From contig CAKPQS010000002.1 of the NCBI GenBank assembly GCA_934179675.1, forward strand, positions 752-64,751: 64,000 bases of DNA, written 5' to 3'. Position numbers and translations under genes: made by a program. Below the pieces are notes generated by a model. It made no database searches. It was given only the letters and a program-made list of their open reading frames with translations, and was not told the DNA's origin. Within the stretch, counting starts at the first letter, position 1. The number at the start of each line of letters is the position of its first letter. This stretch comes from an uncultured Bacilli bacterium. GTDB lineage: Bacteria > Bacillota_I > Bacilli_A > RF39 > UBA660. Shown here one piece after another: positions 51,501-61,629 of the stretch.

Positions 51501-53780
51501 ATGAATTATGGATTAACTAATATAGAGGTAGAAAAGAGAATCAATAAGGGTTTAATAAATATAGAAAATGATGTAAAAACTAAAAGTATAAAAAAAATAA
51601 TTTTAGATAATTCATTAAATATATTTAATATTGTAAATACTTTTTTTGGTATTATAATTATAATAATTGGTATTATATATAAAATATATTGGTTAGATAT
51701 AATTAAAAGTATAACTTTTATGTTTATAATGATAATAAACACAATAATAAGTATATATCAAGAAATATCAAGTAAATTAATAGTTGATAAATTATCTATA
51801 ATAAGTAAATCACCAGTTATAGCATTAAGAAATAATAAAGAACAATATATAAATATAAATGAAATAGTTTTAGATGATGCCTTAAAATTTAAAATAGGAA
51901 ATCAAGTAGTAGTAGATTGTATAGTTCTAGATGGTACAGTAGAAGTAAATGAATCATTTATAACAGGTGAATCTAGAACAGTAATCAAAAGAAAAAATGA
52001 TAAAATATTATCAGGATCATTTATTGTAAGTGGCGAAGTAATTGTAAAAGCAATCGCAGTAGGTAAAGATACTTATACATCTAAAATAACAGCATCAACT
52101 AAAAAGAAAAATAAAATTAATTCTTGTTTAATGGATTCATTAAATTTTATAATTAAAAATATATCCAAAATAATAATACCAATGGGAATAATAATGTTTA
52201 TAAAACAATATAGTATAGGATCTAATAATATTTATGATGCTGTTATAAGAACAGTAGCATCAATGGTAATGATGATACCAGAAGGTTTAGTATTATTAAC
52301 AAGTACAGTACTTGCAGTAAGTGTAATAAGATTAAGTAAAGTTAAAGTATTAGTTCAAGAATTATACTGTATTGAAACCCTTGCAAGAGTTGATACATTG
52401 TGTTTAGATAAAACAGGAACACTAACGGAAGGAATAATGGAAGTATATGATTGTATTAAAAAAGAAAATATAGATATTGAAGAAATATTAAGATCTTTTT
52501 CTATGAATTTAGTACATAATAATACTTTAGAAGCAATTAATAAAAAATATGGTAATAAAGGTATAAGAGCAAATAAAAAAGAAGAATTTTCATCAAGTAA
52601 AAAGTTTTCAATGATAAATTATAATAATTATGATTATTTTTTAGGAGCACCCGAAATATTATTTCCAGGGATAAATATAACAGAATATTCTGATTATAGA
52701 GTACTTGCACTTGGATATAAAAAAGAAACAGAAAAAAATTTAAAATTAGCAGCTTTAATATTATTACAAGATAAAATAAGAAATAAGGCTAAAGAAACAT
52801 TAGAATACTTTAAATCTCAAGGAGTAGATGTTAAAATAATATCTGGTGATAGTACAGAAACATTATTAAAAATAGCTCAAAGATTAAATATTGAAATAAA
52901 AGGGTATATCGATATGAAAAATGTTGAAATAATAGATAAAGAAACAATAAAAAACACTATTTTTGGCCGTGTAACACCATTTCAAAAAAAAGAATTAGTT
53001 GAAAGAATGAAGTTAGAAGGACATACAGTGGCAATGACAGGTGATGGCGTAAATGATGTTCTTGCTTTAAAAGAAGCTGATTGCAGTATTGCCATAGCAA
53101 ATGGATCAGATGCTGCTAAAGCAGTTTCGAGATTAGTTTTATTAGATAGTAATTTTGATAGTATTCCTAGTATTGTATATGAAGGAAGAAGAACAATTAA
53201 CAATATAACCAGAAGTGCAACATTATTTTTGTCTAAAACAGGATATGCTATTTTATTTACATTGATATACTTAATACTAAAAGTAAGTTATCCATTTGAA
53301 CCAGTTCAAATATCATTAATAAGTTCTCTTACAATAGGAATTCCATCATTTTTTCTAGCACTAGAAGATAATAAAGAAAGAGTAGAAGGTGATTTTTTAA
53401 AAAACGTTTTATATAAATCTATTCCAGTAAGTGTAACATCTGTTATAAGTGTATTATTAGTAGAACTAATTGGATCAATATTTAATTTGTCACAAATAGA
53501 AAAATCAACTATAGACGTAATATTAATTGAATTTATAGGATTTATGTTAATATTCAAAATATCATTACCATTTAATAAAATGCGAAAAATATTATTTTCT
53601 TTTTGCATAATTTGTTTTATAATATGTGTAATATTTTTAAGAGATTTTTATTCACTTACAATATTAAAAGGAGAATTAATTGTATTAACATTCACTTTAA
53701 TGGCAATAAGTATATATATATTAATATTTTTATATAAAATATTTAATAAATTAATTAATAAATGGGAGGTAAAAAAATGA
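51501..53780 (+). CDS. Cation-transporting P-type ATPase (P2-type, Ca2+/Mg2+-like).
   Basis: TGES, DKTGTLT, MTGDGVNDVLALKEAD; 10 TM helices. Confidence 0.8.
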   Translation: MNYGLTNIEVEKRINKGLINIENDVKTKSIKKIILDNSLNIFNIVNTFFGIIIIIIGIIYKIYWLDIIKSITFMFIMIINTIISIYQEISSKLIVDKLSIISKSPVIALRNNKEQYININEIVLDDALKFKIGNQVVVDCIVLDGTVEVNESFITGESRTVIKRKNDKILSGSFIVSGEVIVKAIAVGKDTYTSKITASTKKKNKINSCLMDSLNFIIKNISKIIIPMGIIMFIKQYSIGSNNIYDAVIRTVASMVMMIPEGLVLLTSTVLAVSVIRLSKVKVLVQELYCIETLARVDTLCLDKTGTLTEGIMEVYDCIKKENIDIEEILRSFSMNLVHNNTLEAINKKYGNKGIRANKKEEFSSSKKFSMINYNNYDYFLGAPEILFPGINITEYSDYRVLALGYKKETEKNLKLAALILLQDKIRNKAKETLEYFKSQGVDVKIISGDSTETLLKIAQRLNIEIKGYIDMKNVEIIDKETIKNTIFGRVTPFQKKELVERMKLEGHTVAMTGDGVNDVLALKEADCSIAIANGSDAAKAVSRLVLLDSNFDSIPSIVYEGRRTINNITRSATLFLSKTGYAILFTLIYLILKVSYPFEPVQISLISSLTIGIPSFFLALEDNKERVEGDFLKNVLYKSIPVSVTSVISVLLVELIGSIFNLSQIEKSTIDVILIEFIGFMLIFKISLPFNKMRKILFSFCIICFIICVIFLRDFYSLTILKGELIVLTFTLMAISIYILIFLYKIFNKLINKWEVKK

Positions 53781-54664
53781 AATCAGGATTTGTTGGAATA
53801 ATAGGAAGAAGTAATGTTGGAAAATCAACATTAATAAATAATTTAGTAGGAAGAAAAGTTGCAATTACATCAGATAAAGTACAAACAACAAGAAATATAA
53901 TTCAAGGAATATATAATGATTCTGAAAGTCAAATTGTCTTTGTAGATACACCAGGAATACATAAACCAACACATAAATTAGGTAACTATTTAAATAAAGA
54001 AGCTTATTTTAGTATCGAAGATGTAGATGTTATTCTATTTGTTGTAGATGGCAGTGTAAGTATTGGTCCTGGTGATAAATTTGTAATTGAAAAATTAAAA
54101 AAAGTTAATAAAGATGTTATTTTAGTTATCAATAAAATAGATAAAATGACAAATGAATATATAATGAAAAAAATATTAGAATATAAAGAATTATATGATT
54201 TTAAAGAAATAGTACCTGTAAGTGCTCTAAAAAGTAAAAATAAAGATGAATTAATCAAAACAATAAAATTATATTTAAAAGATGACATTAAATATTATGA
54301 TGATGATACATTTACAAATAAACCAGTAAAATTTTTAATAAGTGAATTAATAAGAGAAAAAATATTTAATTTAACAAGAGAAGAAATACCACATTCTGTT
54401 ACAGTTGTAGTTGAACAAATGAAAAGAAATAAAGGAAATCTTGTAATAAATGCTATGATTGTAGTTGATAGAGATGCCGTTAAAAAAATAATTGTAGGAC
54501 ATAATGGTTTTATGATAAAAGAAATAGGAATAGAAGCAAGGAATGATATAGAAGAATTATTAGGAGAAAAAGTATATTTAGAATTGTTTGTTAAAACTAT
54601 TGATTCATGGCGTGATATTGATAAATATATAAAAGAATTTGGATATAATGAAATAGATGAATAA
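53777..54664 (+). CDS. era: GTPase Era.
   Basis: GIIGRSNVGKSTLIN, DTPG, C-terminal KH domain. Confidence 0.9.
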   Translation: MKSGFVGIIGRSNVGKSTLINNLVGRKVAITSDKVQTTRNIIQGIYNDSESQIVFVDTPGIHKPTHKLGNYLNKEAYFSIEDVDVILFVVDGSVSIGPGDKFVIEKLKKVNKDVILVINKIDKMTNEYIMKKILEYKELYDFKEIVPVSALKSKNKDELIKTIKLYLKDDIKYYDDDTFTNKPVKFLISELIREKIFNLTREEIPHSVTVVVEQMKRNKGNLVINAMIVVDRDAVKKIIVGHNGFMIKEIGIEARNDIEELLGEKVYLELFVKTIDSWRDIDKYIKEFGYNEIDE

Positions 54665-54779
54665 AATATAAAAAAGTAATCATAATCTATATTAGGTGAG
54701 AATATGAAAGATATGTTATGGTTACTTTTTAAAAATACAGGTAAAATAGAGTATTTTATGAAATATAAGGAGTTAGAAC

Positions 54780-55511
54780 ATGAACGAAATAGAGGGAATA
54801 ATAGTAAATGAAATAGATTATCAAGATAAAAGTAAAATTATTTATGTTCTAACAAATAGTGGTTTAATTAGTATGATTGCTAAAGGATGTAAAAGTCCTA
54901 AAAGTATACTTAGACCTTATACAGATAAATTAACATATGGTAAATTTTATATAAAATATAAAGAAAATAAATTATCCATATTAAATAATTTTGATAATTA
55001 TATAAATTTCAAAAATATAAGAAATGATTTTAATAAATTAGGATTTTCTATGTATTTATTAAATTTAAGTTATCAAGTAGCAAAAGAAAATTTTAAAAGT
55101 AATGTTTATTATAATTTAATTGAAGGACTAAAAAAAATAGAAGAAGGTATTAATCCATTAGTTATAACAAATATAATCGAACTAAAATATTTAAATAATT
55201 TAGGAGTTGAACCAATTTTGGATAAATGTTCATGTTGTATGCAGCAAAATAATATAGTTGGATTATCCATTAGTAAAGGTGGATTAGTATGTTCAAATTG
55301 TTTTAGTAATGATATGGTAGTAGATGAAAAAGTAATTAAATTAATTAGATTATATTATTGTATTGATATTAAAAAAATAAAATGTTTTAATGTAGATAAA
55401 AGTATAGTAAATGAAATAAATAGATTTTTAGATAATTATTATGAAAAATATACAGGTTTATATTTAAATGGTAAAAAAGTAATAAGTGATATATTTAATA
55501 GGCTTTATTAA
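54780..55511 (+). CDS. recO: DNA repair protein RecO.
   Basis: Position after era; OB-fold N-terminus; C4 Zn motif CSCC...CSNC. Confidence 0.75.
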   Translation: MNEIEGIIVNEIDYQDKSKIIYVLTNSGLISMIAKGCKSPKSILRPYTDKLTYGKFYIKYKENKLSILNNFDNYINFKNIRNDFNKLGFSMYLLNLSYQVAKENFKSNVYYNLIEGLKKIEEGINPLVITNIIELKYLNNLGVEPILDKCSCCMQQNNIVGLSISKGGLVCSNCFSNDMVVDEKVIKLIRLYYCIDIKKIKCFNVDKSIVNEINRFLDNYYEKYTGLYLNGKKVISDIFNRLY

Positions 55512-55567
55512 ATATATACTTTTTTTTTATTTAATGATATAATTAATAAACGAAAGCGAGTGGTTCT

Positions 55568-56368
55568 ATGTATTTATTAATACCTCAAAATGAAGAAGAA
55601 ATATATGAATTAAAAGAATATTATGATGGACTAATATTAAGTGTAGAAAATTTAAGTATTAATTATAAAACATTTAGTTTAGATAAAATTAAAGAAATTA
55701 TTCAAAATGTTAAAAATAAAGAAATATTTATTAATTTAAATAAAAATATGCATAATAAAGATATTCCTTTATTAAAAGAAACATTAAAAATTCTTGATGA
55801 ATTAGAAATTAAAGCTATTTTATATTATGATATTAGTATTGTTAATATAGGATCTAAACATGATTTAGTTTGGTCTGCATGTCATATGACAACTAATTAT
55901 AAAACAATGGATTTTTGGTATAAAAGAGGAGTAAAATATACATTTTTATCAAATGAAATTACTTTAGAAGAAATTAAAGAAATAAGTAAAAATACAAAAA
56001 TGGAATTAATGGTTCAAGTATTTGGATATACTCCTATATTTGCGTCAATTCGTGATATTGTAAAAAATTATCGCAAAACATTTAAATTAGAAGACAATTC
56101 AAAAGTAAACTATATAAAACATGAAAATGATCTATATCCAATTGTAAATGAAAAAGAAACAGTAGTATATAATTCTAAAATATTAAATGCAATTGATGAA
56201 ATAGATGAATATAAAAAAATGAATATAAAATATTTTATTATTAATTCATTTTTAATAGATGATATAAAAGAAGTATTACAAAATTTTAAATCAAACAAAA
56301 AATTTAATTATCAAAATCAAGGAAAGGGTTTCTTATATGAAGAAACAATATATAAGGTGAAAAAATGA
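55568..56368 (+). CDS. Peptidase U32 family protein (YrrN-like partner).
   Basis: U32-like TIM-barrel protein encoded in tandem with, and overlapping, the next U32 gene. Confidence 0.55.
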   Translation: MYLLIPQNEEEIYELKEYYDGLILSVENLSINYKTFSLDKIKEIIQNVKNKEIFINLNKNMHNKDIPLLKETLKILDELEIKAILYYDISIVNIGSKHDLVWSACHMTTNYKTMDFWYKRGVKYTFLSNEITLEEIKEISKNTKMELMVQVFGYTPIFASIRDIVKNYRKTFKLEDNSKVNYIKHENDLYPIVNEKETVVYNSKILNAIDEIDEYKKMNIKYFIINSFLIDDIKEVLQNFKSNKKFNYQNQGKGFLYEETIYKVKK

Positions 56369-57576
56369 AAAAGCCCGAATTACTCGCACCTGCTGGTGAT
56401 TTAGAAAGACTAAAAGTAGCACTTAATTATGGTGCTGATGCTGTTTATTTTGGTGGAACAATGTTTGGATTAAGAGCAAATGCTATTAATTTTTCAATGG
56501 ATGATATAAAAGAAGGAACAAAATATGCTCATGATCTAAATAAAAAAGTGTATGTAACGGTTAATATTGTTTTACATAATAAAGAAACAGAAAACATTTT
56601 AGAATATTTAAAAGAATTAGATAAAATAGGAATAGATGGTATAATTGTGTGTGATCCTTATATAGTAGAACTTGCTAAAAATAATACTAATTTAAATATT
56701 TGTATATCAACTCAACAATCAACTCTTAATTATGAAGCTGTAAAATTTTGGCATAAAGAAGGTGTTACAAGAGTAGTATTAGGTAGGGAAGCTACTAAAG
56801 AAGATATTATTAAAATAAAACAAGAAGTACCAGAAATGGAAATAGAAACATTTATTCATGGAGCAATGTGTGCATCATATAGTGGAAGATGTGTATTATC
56901 TAATTATTTTACTGGAAGAGACGCTAATAGAGGAGGATGTGCTCAAATATGTAGGTGGACATTTGATCTATTGGATGAAAATAAAAATTTAATTAAATGT
57001 GCAAAAAAATTTACATTTCAAACAAAAGATTTAACAATGTTAAAATATATTCCTGAAATGATAGATATAGGTGTTGATTCATTTAAAATTGAAGGAAGAA
57101 TGCGATCAATTTATTATATAGCATCAGTAGTAAGTATATATCGTAAAGTAATCGATGAATATTGTAATAATAAAGAAAAATATGAATATAATTTAAATTG
57201 TGAACGCACTTTATCATCTGTTGCCAATCGTGATTCAATTACACAATTTTTTAATGGGAAAAATAATGAAGAATGTCAATACTATAATGAAAGAAAAGAA
57301 ATATCTAATCAAGAATTTGTCGCCCAAGTATTATCTTATGATAAACAAACTTCATTAGCAAAAATGCAACAAAGAAATAATTTTAAAAAAGGTGATACAA
57401 TTGAAATATTTGGACCCGAAATAGAAAATATTAAAATAATTGTAAATGAAATGTATAATGAAGATATGGAACAAATTGATGTCGCACCCCATCCACTACA
57501 GATAATATATATAAAAATACCTAAAATTGTATATAAAAATAATTTAGTAAGAAAAATTATTGACAAAGATGAATAA
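56365..57576 (+). CDS. Peptidase U32 family protein (YrrO/RlhA-like).
   Basis: KPELLAPAGDLERLKVALNYGADAVYFGG...; Cys cluster region. Confidence 0.8.
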   Translation: MKKPELLAPAGDLERLKVALNYGADAVYFGGTMFGLRANAINFSMDDIKEGTKYAHDLNKKVYVTVNIVLHNKETENILEYLKELDKIGIDGIIVCDPYIVELAKNNTNLNICISTQQSTLNYEAVKFWHKEGVTRVVLGREATKEDIIKIKQEVPEMEIETFIHGAMCASYSGRCVLSNYFTGRDANRGGCAQICRWTFDLLDENKNLIKCAKKFTFQTKDLTMLKYIPEMIDIGVDSFKIEGRMRSIYYIASVVSIYRKVIDEYCNNKEKYEYNLNCERTLSSVANRDSITQFFNGKNNEECQYYNERKEISNQEFVAQVLSYDKQTSLAKMQQRNNFKKGDTIEIFGPEIENIKIIVNEMYNEDMEQIDVAPHPLQIIYIKIPKIVYKNNLVRKIIDKDE

Positions 57577-57620
57577 ATATAGTATATTTAAATGCGTTAA
57601 ATTTAAAGAGGTGAAAATAA

Positions 57621-58088
57621 ATGGATGAAAAGAAAATATATTTAACAGAAGAAGGATTAAACGAGTTAAAAAATGAACTTGATTATTTAAAATTAGAAAA
57701 AAGACCTGAAATAATAAACGCTTTAAAAGATGCAAGAGCACTTGGAGATTTAAGTGAAAATGCTGAATATGATGCTGCAAGAAGTGAACAAGCATCAACA
57801 GAAGCAAGAATCAAGGAATTAGAAAAAATGCTTGAAAACGTAGAAATCATTTCAGATGTTAAAACTGATTCTGTCGCACTTGGTACAAAAGTAAAATTAG
57901 AATATGTAGGAGACGATGAAACTGATGAATTTTCTATAGTTGGTTCAAAAGAAGCCGATCCATTTTCAAATAAAATATCTAATGAAAGTCCAATTGCACA
58001 AGCAATATTAGGTCATAAAGTTGGCGATATTGTCAATGTTATTAGTCCTAATGGTGAATATCAAGTAAAAGTTGTAGAAATTTTTTAA
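57621..58088 (+). CDS. greA: Transcription elongation factor GreA.
   Basis: LT.EG...L..EL..L; C-terminal FKBP-like domain. Confidence 0.9.
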   Translation: MDEKKIYLTEEGLNELKNELDYLKLEKRPEIINALKDARALGDLSENAEYDAARSEQASTEARIKELEKMLENVEIISDVKTDSVALGTKVKLEYVGDDETDEFSIVGSKEADPFSNKISNESPIAQAILGHKVGDIVNVISPNGEYQVKVVEIF

Positions 58089-58109
58089 AGGCAAAAAGCC
58101 TTTTTTTTC
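58087..58109 (+). terminator. Rho-independent terminator after greA (AAAGGC-aaaaa-GCCTTT plus T8).
   Basis: Hairpin followed by a T-run. Confidence 0.65.
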
Positions 58110-58170
58110 AAAAGTAGTTGAAAAAAAGTCAAAAATATTATATACTAATAATCGTATTTAAGGAGGAATT

Positions 58171-59415
58171 ATGAAAAAAGAAATATCTAAAAAATTAGAT
58201 GGTGCTGCTTGGGAAAAACAAATTGAAAAAGCTTATGAAAAAGCAAGTAAAAATTTCAAAGTTGATGGATTTAGACCAGGACATGCTCCAAAAGATATCT
58301 TTATGAAAAAATACAAAGAAGAAACATTATGGATGGATGCAGCTGAAAATTATATTGAAGATGCTTATAAAGAAGTAATGGAAGAAAATAAAGATTTAGA
58401 ATTAGTTGCACAACCTAAAGTAGAAATTAAAAGTTTAGATAAAAATGGTGTTGAATTTGTATTTACATTAGTAACGAAACCAGAAGTAAAATTAGGTAAA
58501 TATAAAGGTTTAGGAATTAAAAAAGAAGAAACAACCGTTACTAAAGAAGAAATTGAAAAAGCTATTGAAGAAATGAGAAATCATTATGCTGATTATGCTA
58601 TTAAAACTGGCAAAATAGAAAATGGCGATATTGCTGTTATTGATTTTGAAGGATTTAAAGATGGTGTTGCTTTTGAAGGTGGTAAGGGTGAAAACTATTC
58701 ATTAACAATTGGTTCAAATACATTTATTCCAGGTTTTGAAGATCAATTAATTGGTCATGAAGCTGGGGAAGAAGTAGATGTAAATGTAACATTCCCAGAA
58801 GATTATCATGCTGAAAATCTAAAAGGTGCTAAAGTAACATTTAAAGTTAAAATTAATACAGTAAAAGAAAAAAATATTCCAGAATTAGATAAAGATTTCT
58901 TTGCTGATTTAGGTATGGAAGGTATTGATTCAAAAGAATCTTTAGAAAAACAAGTTGAAGAAAATATTAAAACAAGAAAAGATTACGATAACGAAAATAA
59001 ATATATTGATGCTCTACTTGATGTTGCTACAGATAATATGGAAGTAGAAGTACCAGAAGAAATGGTATATGATGAAACATCAAGAATGTTAAAAAGATAT
59101 GAAGAACAACTTGGTATGCAAGGAATTAAATTAGAAGATTTTTATAAATTTACTAAATCAAATGAAGAAAATTTAAGAGAAAAAATGAAAGATGAAGCTT
59201 TAAAAGTAGTAAAACAAAGATTATTACTTGAAGCAATAGTAAAAGAGGAAAGTTTAGAAGTAACAGATGAAGAAGCTGAACATGAAGCTGAACATTTAGC
59301 AGGACATTATAATATGTCAAAAGAAGATTTCCTAAAAGAATTTGGTGGATTAGAAGCTGTTAAATATGATTCACTAGTAAGAAAAGCATTAGAAATATTA
59401 AAAGAAAATGACTAG
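58171..59415 (+). CDS. tig: Trigger factor.
   Basis: 414 aa; ribosome-binding N-domain (GFRPGHAPK), PPIase domain, C-terminal domain. Confidence 0.9.
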   Translation: MKKEISKKLDGAAWEKQIEKAYEKASKNFKVDGFRPGHAPKDIFMKKYKEETLWMDAAENYIEDAYKEVMEENKDLELVAQPKVEIKSLDKNGVEFVFTLVTKPEVKLGKYKGLGIKKEETTVTKEEIEKAIEEMRNHYADYAIKTGKIENGDIAVIDFEGFKDGVAFEGGKGENYSLTIGSNTFIPGFEDQLIGHEAGEEVDVNVTFPEDYHAENLKGAKVTFKVKINTVKEKNIPELDKDFFADLGMEGIDSKESLEKQVEENIKTRKDYDNENKYIDALLDVATDNMEVEVPEEMVYDETSRMLKRYEEQLGMQGIKLEDFYKFTKSNEENLREKMKDEALKVVKQRLLLEAIVKEESLEVTDEEAEHEAEHLAGHYNMSKEDFLKEFGGLEAVKYDSLVRKALEILKEND

Positions 59416-59629
59416 TTTTGTCGTTTTTCCCAAATATTAAAATAAATATGATATTATTTATCTAGGTGATAAATATTAAAAAAATTGATCAAATGTTTAA
59501 TGAAATATTAAATGATGTTCAAAAAATAAAAAAATCTACATGGTTAAAACTTAAAGAATAATCTTTAAGTTTTTTCTTAACATTTAAAAAAAAGTATGTT
59601 ATACTTATATAGTAGTATGGAGGAGTTAA

Positions 59630-60487
59630 GTGGCAAGGGATAGAAAAGACGCTAAAAGAATAAAAAATTTAACATCGACACAAAGAGTAATATATTATTT
59701 GAAGAAAAAAAGATGTGATTCAGATGTCTATATTAATATGAAAGTTGATATGACAAATGCAATAAAATATATTGAAAAACAAAAAAATGATGGTAAACAT
59801 ATAACGTATTTTCATTTTTTCTGTGCAGCAGTTGCAAAAACAATATATAATAGGCCATTATTAAATAGATTTATAATGCCAGGTGGTAAAGTTTATGAAC
59901 ATAATGATGTATCAGTTGGATTTGTTGCAAAAGTTAAGTTTGAAGATTATTCAGAAGAATATTTAGCAGTTGAACATTTGAAAAGAGAATATAATTTATA
60001 TGATGTTTCAGATAAATTAAATAAAACAGTTGAAAATTTACGAAAAAATAATAAAAATGCGACCGATAAAACAGCAGATTCATTAGCGAAATTACCAGCA
60101 CCTATATTTGATATTGTAATGAAAATAATAAAATTTATGGATAATCATGATTTATTACCTGAAACTATAACAAAAAATAGTTTATATCATTCATCAATTA
60201 TAGTATCAAATTTAGGAAGTTTTAAATCATCTTCTATATATCATAATTTAACAGATTTTGGAACGGCATCAAGTTTAATAACAATGGGTGCTATACATAA
60301 AGAACCTGTTATAAATAATAATGGAGAAGTAGAAGTAAAAGATATATGTGATTTTGGAATCAATTTAGATGAAAGAATAGGGGATGGCTATTATTTTGTT
60401 AAAAGCATGAAAATGTTTGAATATATAATAATGCATCCAGAAGTTCTAGAAGAGCAATTAGGCGATCAATTGACAATTGACGAATAA
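59630..60487 (+). CDS. Standalone 2-oxoacid dehydrogenase E2-type (CAT-fold) acyltransferase catalytic-domain homolog with a His-to-Glu substitution in the DHR..DG motif.
   Basis: ...SSIIVSNLGSFKSS...GINLDERIGDGYYFVKSMKMFEYIIMHPEVL aligns to the E2 C-terminus (...S.DHRVIDGA.AARFL..L...LE.P..LL). No lipoyl or E1/E3-binding domains. GTG start. Confidence 0.55.
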   Translation: MARDRKDAKRIKNLTSTQRVIYYLKKKRCDSDVYINMKVDMTNAIKYIEKQKNDGKHITYFHFFCAAVAKTIYNRPLLNRFIMPGGKVYEHNDVSVGFVAKVKFEDYSEEYLAVEHLKREYNLYDVSDKLNKTVENLRKNNKNATDKTADSLAKLPAPIFDIVMKIIKFMDNHDLLPETITKNSLYHSSIIVSNLGSFKSSSIYHNLTDFGTASSLITMGAIHKEPVINNNGEVEVKDICDFGINLDERIGDGYYFVKSMKMFEYIIMHPEVLEEQLGDQLTIDE

Positions 60488-60525
60488 TTTGCTAAAATAT
60501 TAGTCGAGAAGAAAAGGTGGATTGA

Positions 60526-60855
60526 ATGTATCAAGATAGAATTCTATTAACAAGTAAAGATATTTATGAAAAAGAATTTAAAGTCGATACAAGAGGGTAT
60601 CGTCCTCAAGAAGTGGATAAGTTTTTAGATGATATAATGAGAGATTATGAAGAATGGAGAAAAATTGTATCTGAACTTGAGGAAGAAAAAAAAGAACAAT
60701 TAGAAGAAATAATAAAATTAAAGCAAGAAATTAGATACTTAAAAACACAATTAGAAGTAGCAAAAGATGGAAAACCAGAAACAAGTATAAACAATACAGA
60801 TTTATTAAGAAGAATATCTAATTTAGAAAAGGTTATATACGGAAAAGAAGAATAA
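60526..60855 (+). CDS. gpsB: Cell-cycle protein GpsB (DivIVA-domain).
   Basis: ILLTSKDIYEKEFKVDTRGYRPQEVDKFLDDIMRDYE matches GpsB. Confidence 0.85.
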   Translation: MYQDRILLTSKDIYEKEFKVDTRGYRPQEVDKFLDDIMRDYEEWRKIVSELEEEKKEQLEEIIKLKQEIRYLKTQLEVAKDGKPETSINNTDLLRRISNLEKVIYGKEE

Positions 60856-61192
60856 TAACAGACAAACGCTGCATTTTATATAATGTAGAGGAAAGTCCAT
60901 GCTCGCACTATCTGTGATGATAGTAGTGTTCATGTAAGGGGAATAAATAACCCTTAGTAGTTTAAAGCTAACGGCGACTAAAAACCTTAAAAGGTTATAT
61001 GTTGTAAAGTGCCACAGAAACGAGTATTTGGGAAACCAAATAATGAAACGCGGTAAACCCCATGAGCGAGAAACCCAAATTATGGTAGGGGAACCTTGAT
61101 GTCGGAAATAAGAACGAATAAAGGATCGAAAGATAGATAAATGTTTGTCGCCTTTATAGGTACAGAACATGGCTTATGTTATTATTATTTTT
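60850..61192 (+). ncRNA. rnpB: RNase P RNA (type B, compact).
   Basis: P4 5' strand GAGGAAAGTCCATGCTCGCAC, AACGCGGTAAACCCCATGAGCGAGAAACCCAAAT, P4 3' strand ACAGAACATGGCTTA. P1 (AATAATAACA/TGTTATTATT) and P2 (GACAAAC/GTTTGTC) pairings close the ends. Sits after gpsB as in B. subtilis. Confidence 0.85.
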
Positions 61193-61209
61193 TTGAGGAG
61201 TTGAGATGC

Positions 61210-61620
61210 TTGAAGGATATTGGAGCGAAACTTAAAGAAGCTAGAGAAAGTATTGGTGTTTCTGTAGAGGAAGCAGCGGAGGATTTAAAGTTAAAAGTAT
61301 CACAGATTGAAAATCTTGAAGCTGGTAATATGGAAGCATTCCAAGATGTTTTTTACTTAAAATATTTTATTAAGGATTATGCAAAGTATTTGGGTCTTAA
61401 ACATGAAGATTTAGTAGATGAATTTAATGAATATTTATTTGATTATACATCTAAAATATCGATTGAAGATGTTAAAAAGAAACAAGATATTATTGAAGAT
61501 AAAGCTACTATTCATTCACCATATACTAAAAAGTTAAGGGAACCATTAAAATTATCAAGTATTATACCTTATGTGATAATTATTATTGTTGCTATCTTAA
61601 TAGCGTTTATTGTATTGTAG
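61210..61620 (+). CDS. rodZ: RodZ-like protein (XRE-family HTH plus C-terminal TM anchor), short form.
   Basis: KDIGAKLKEARESIGVSVEEAAEDLKLKVSQIENLEAGN (HTH) and C-terminal TM IIPYVIIIIVAILIAFIVL. Upstream of pgsA as rodZ (ymfM) is in Bacillus. TTG start with RBS GAGGAG. The ORF-track N-terminus (61141-61209) overlaps rnpB and is discounted. Confidence 0.55.
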   Translation: MKDIGAKLKEARESIGVSVEEAAEDLKLKVSQIENLEAGNMEAFQDVFYLKYFIKDYAKYLGLKHEDLVDEFNEYLFDYTSKISIEDVKKKQDIIEDKATIHSPYTKKLREPLKLSSIIPYVIIIIVAILIAFIVL

Positions 61621-61629
61621 GAGGCAAAA

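Noticed and set aside
59494-59568. 22-codon ORF (MFNEILNDVQKIKKSTWLKLKE) between tig and the E2-like gene, ending in a terminator-like hairpin.
   Set aside because: It is too short and lacks a convincing RBS. The hairpin (AACTTAAAG...CTTTAAGTT plus T-run) is more simply the tig terminator.
61141-61209. The ORF-track N-terminus (MFVAFIGTEHGLCYYYFFEELRC) of the RodZ-like gene.
   Set aside because: It lies inside the RNase P RNA 3' region (P2, P4 and P1 strands). A TTG at 61210 with a GAGGAG RBS gives an N-terminus that aligns with RodZ.
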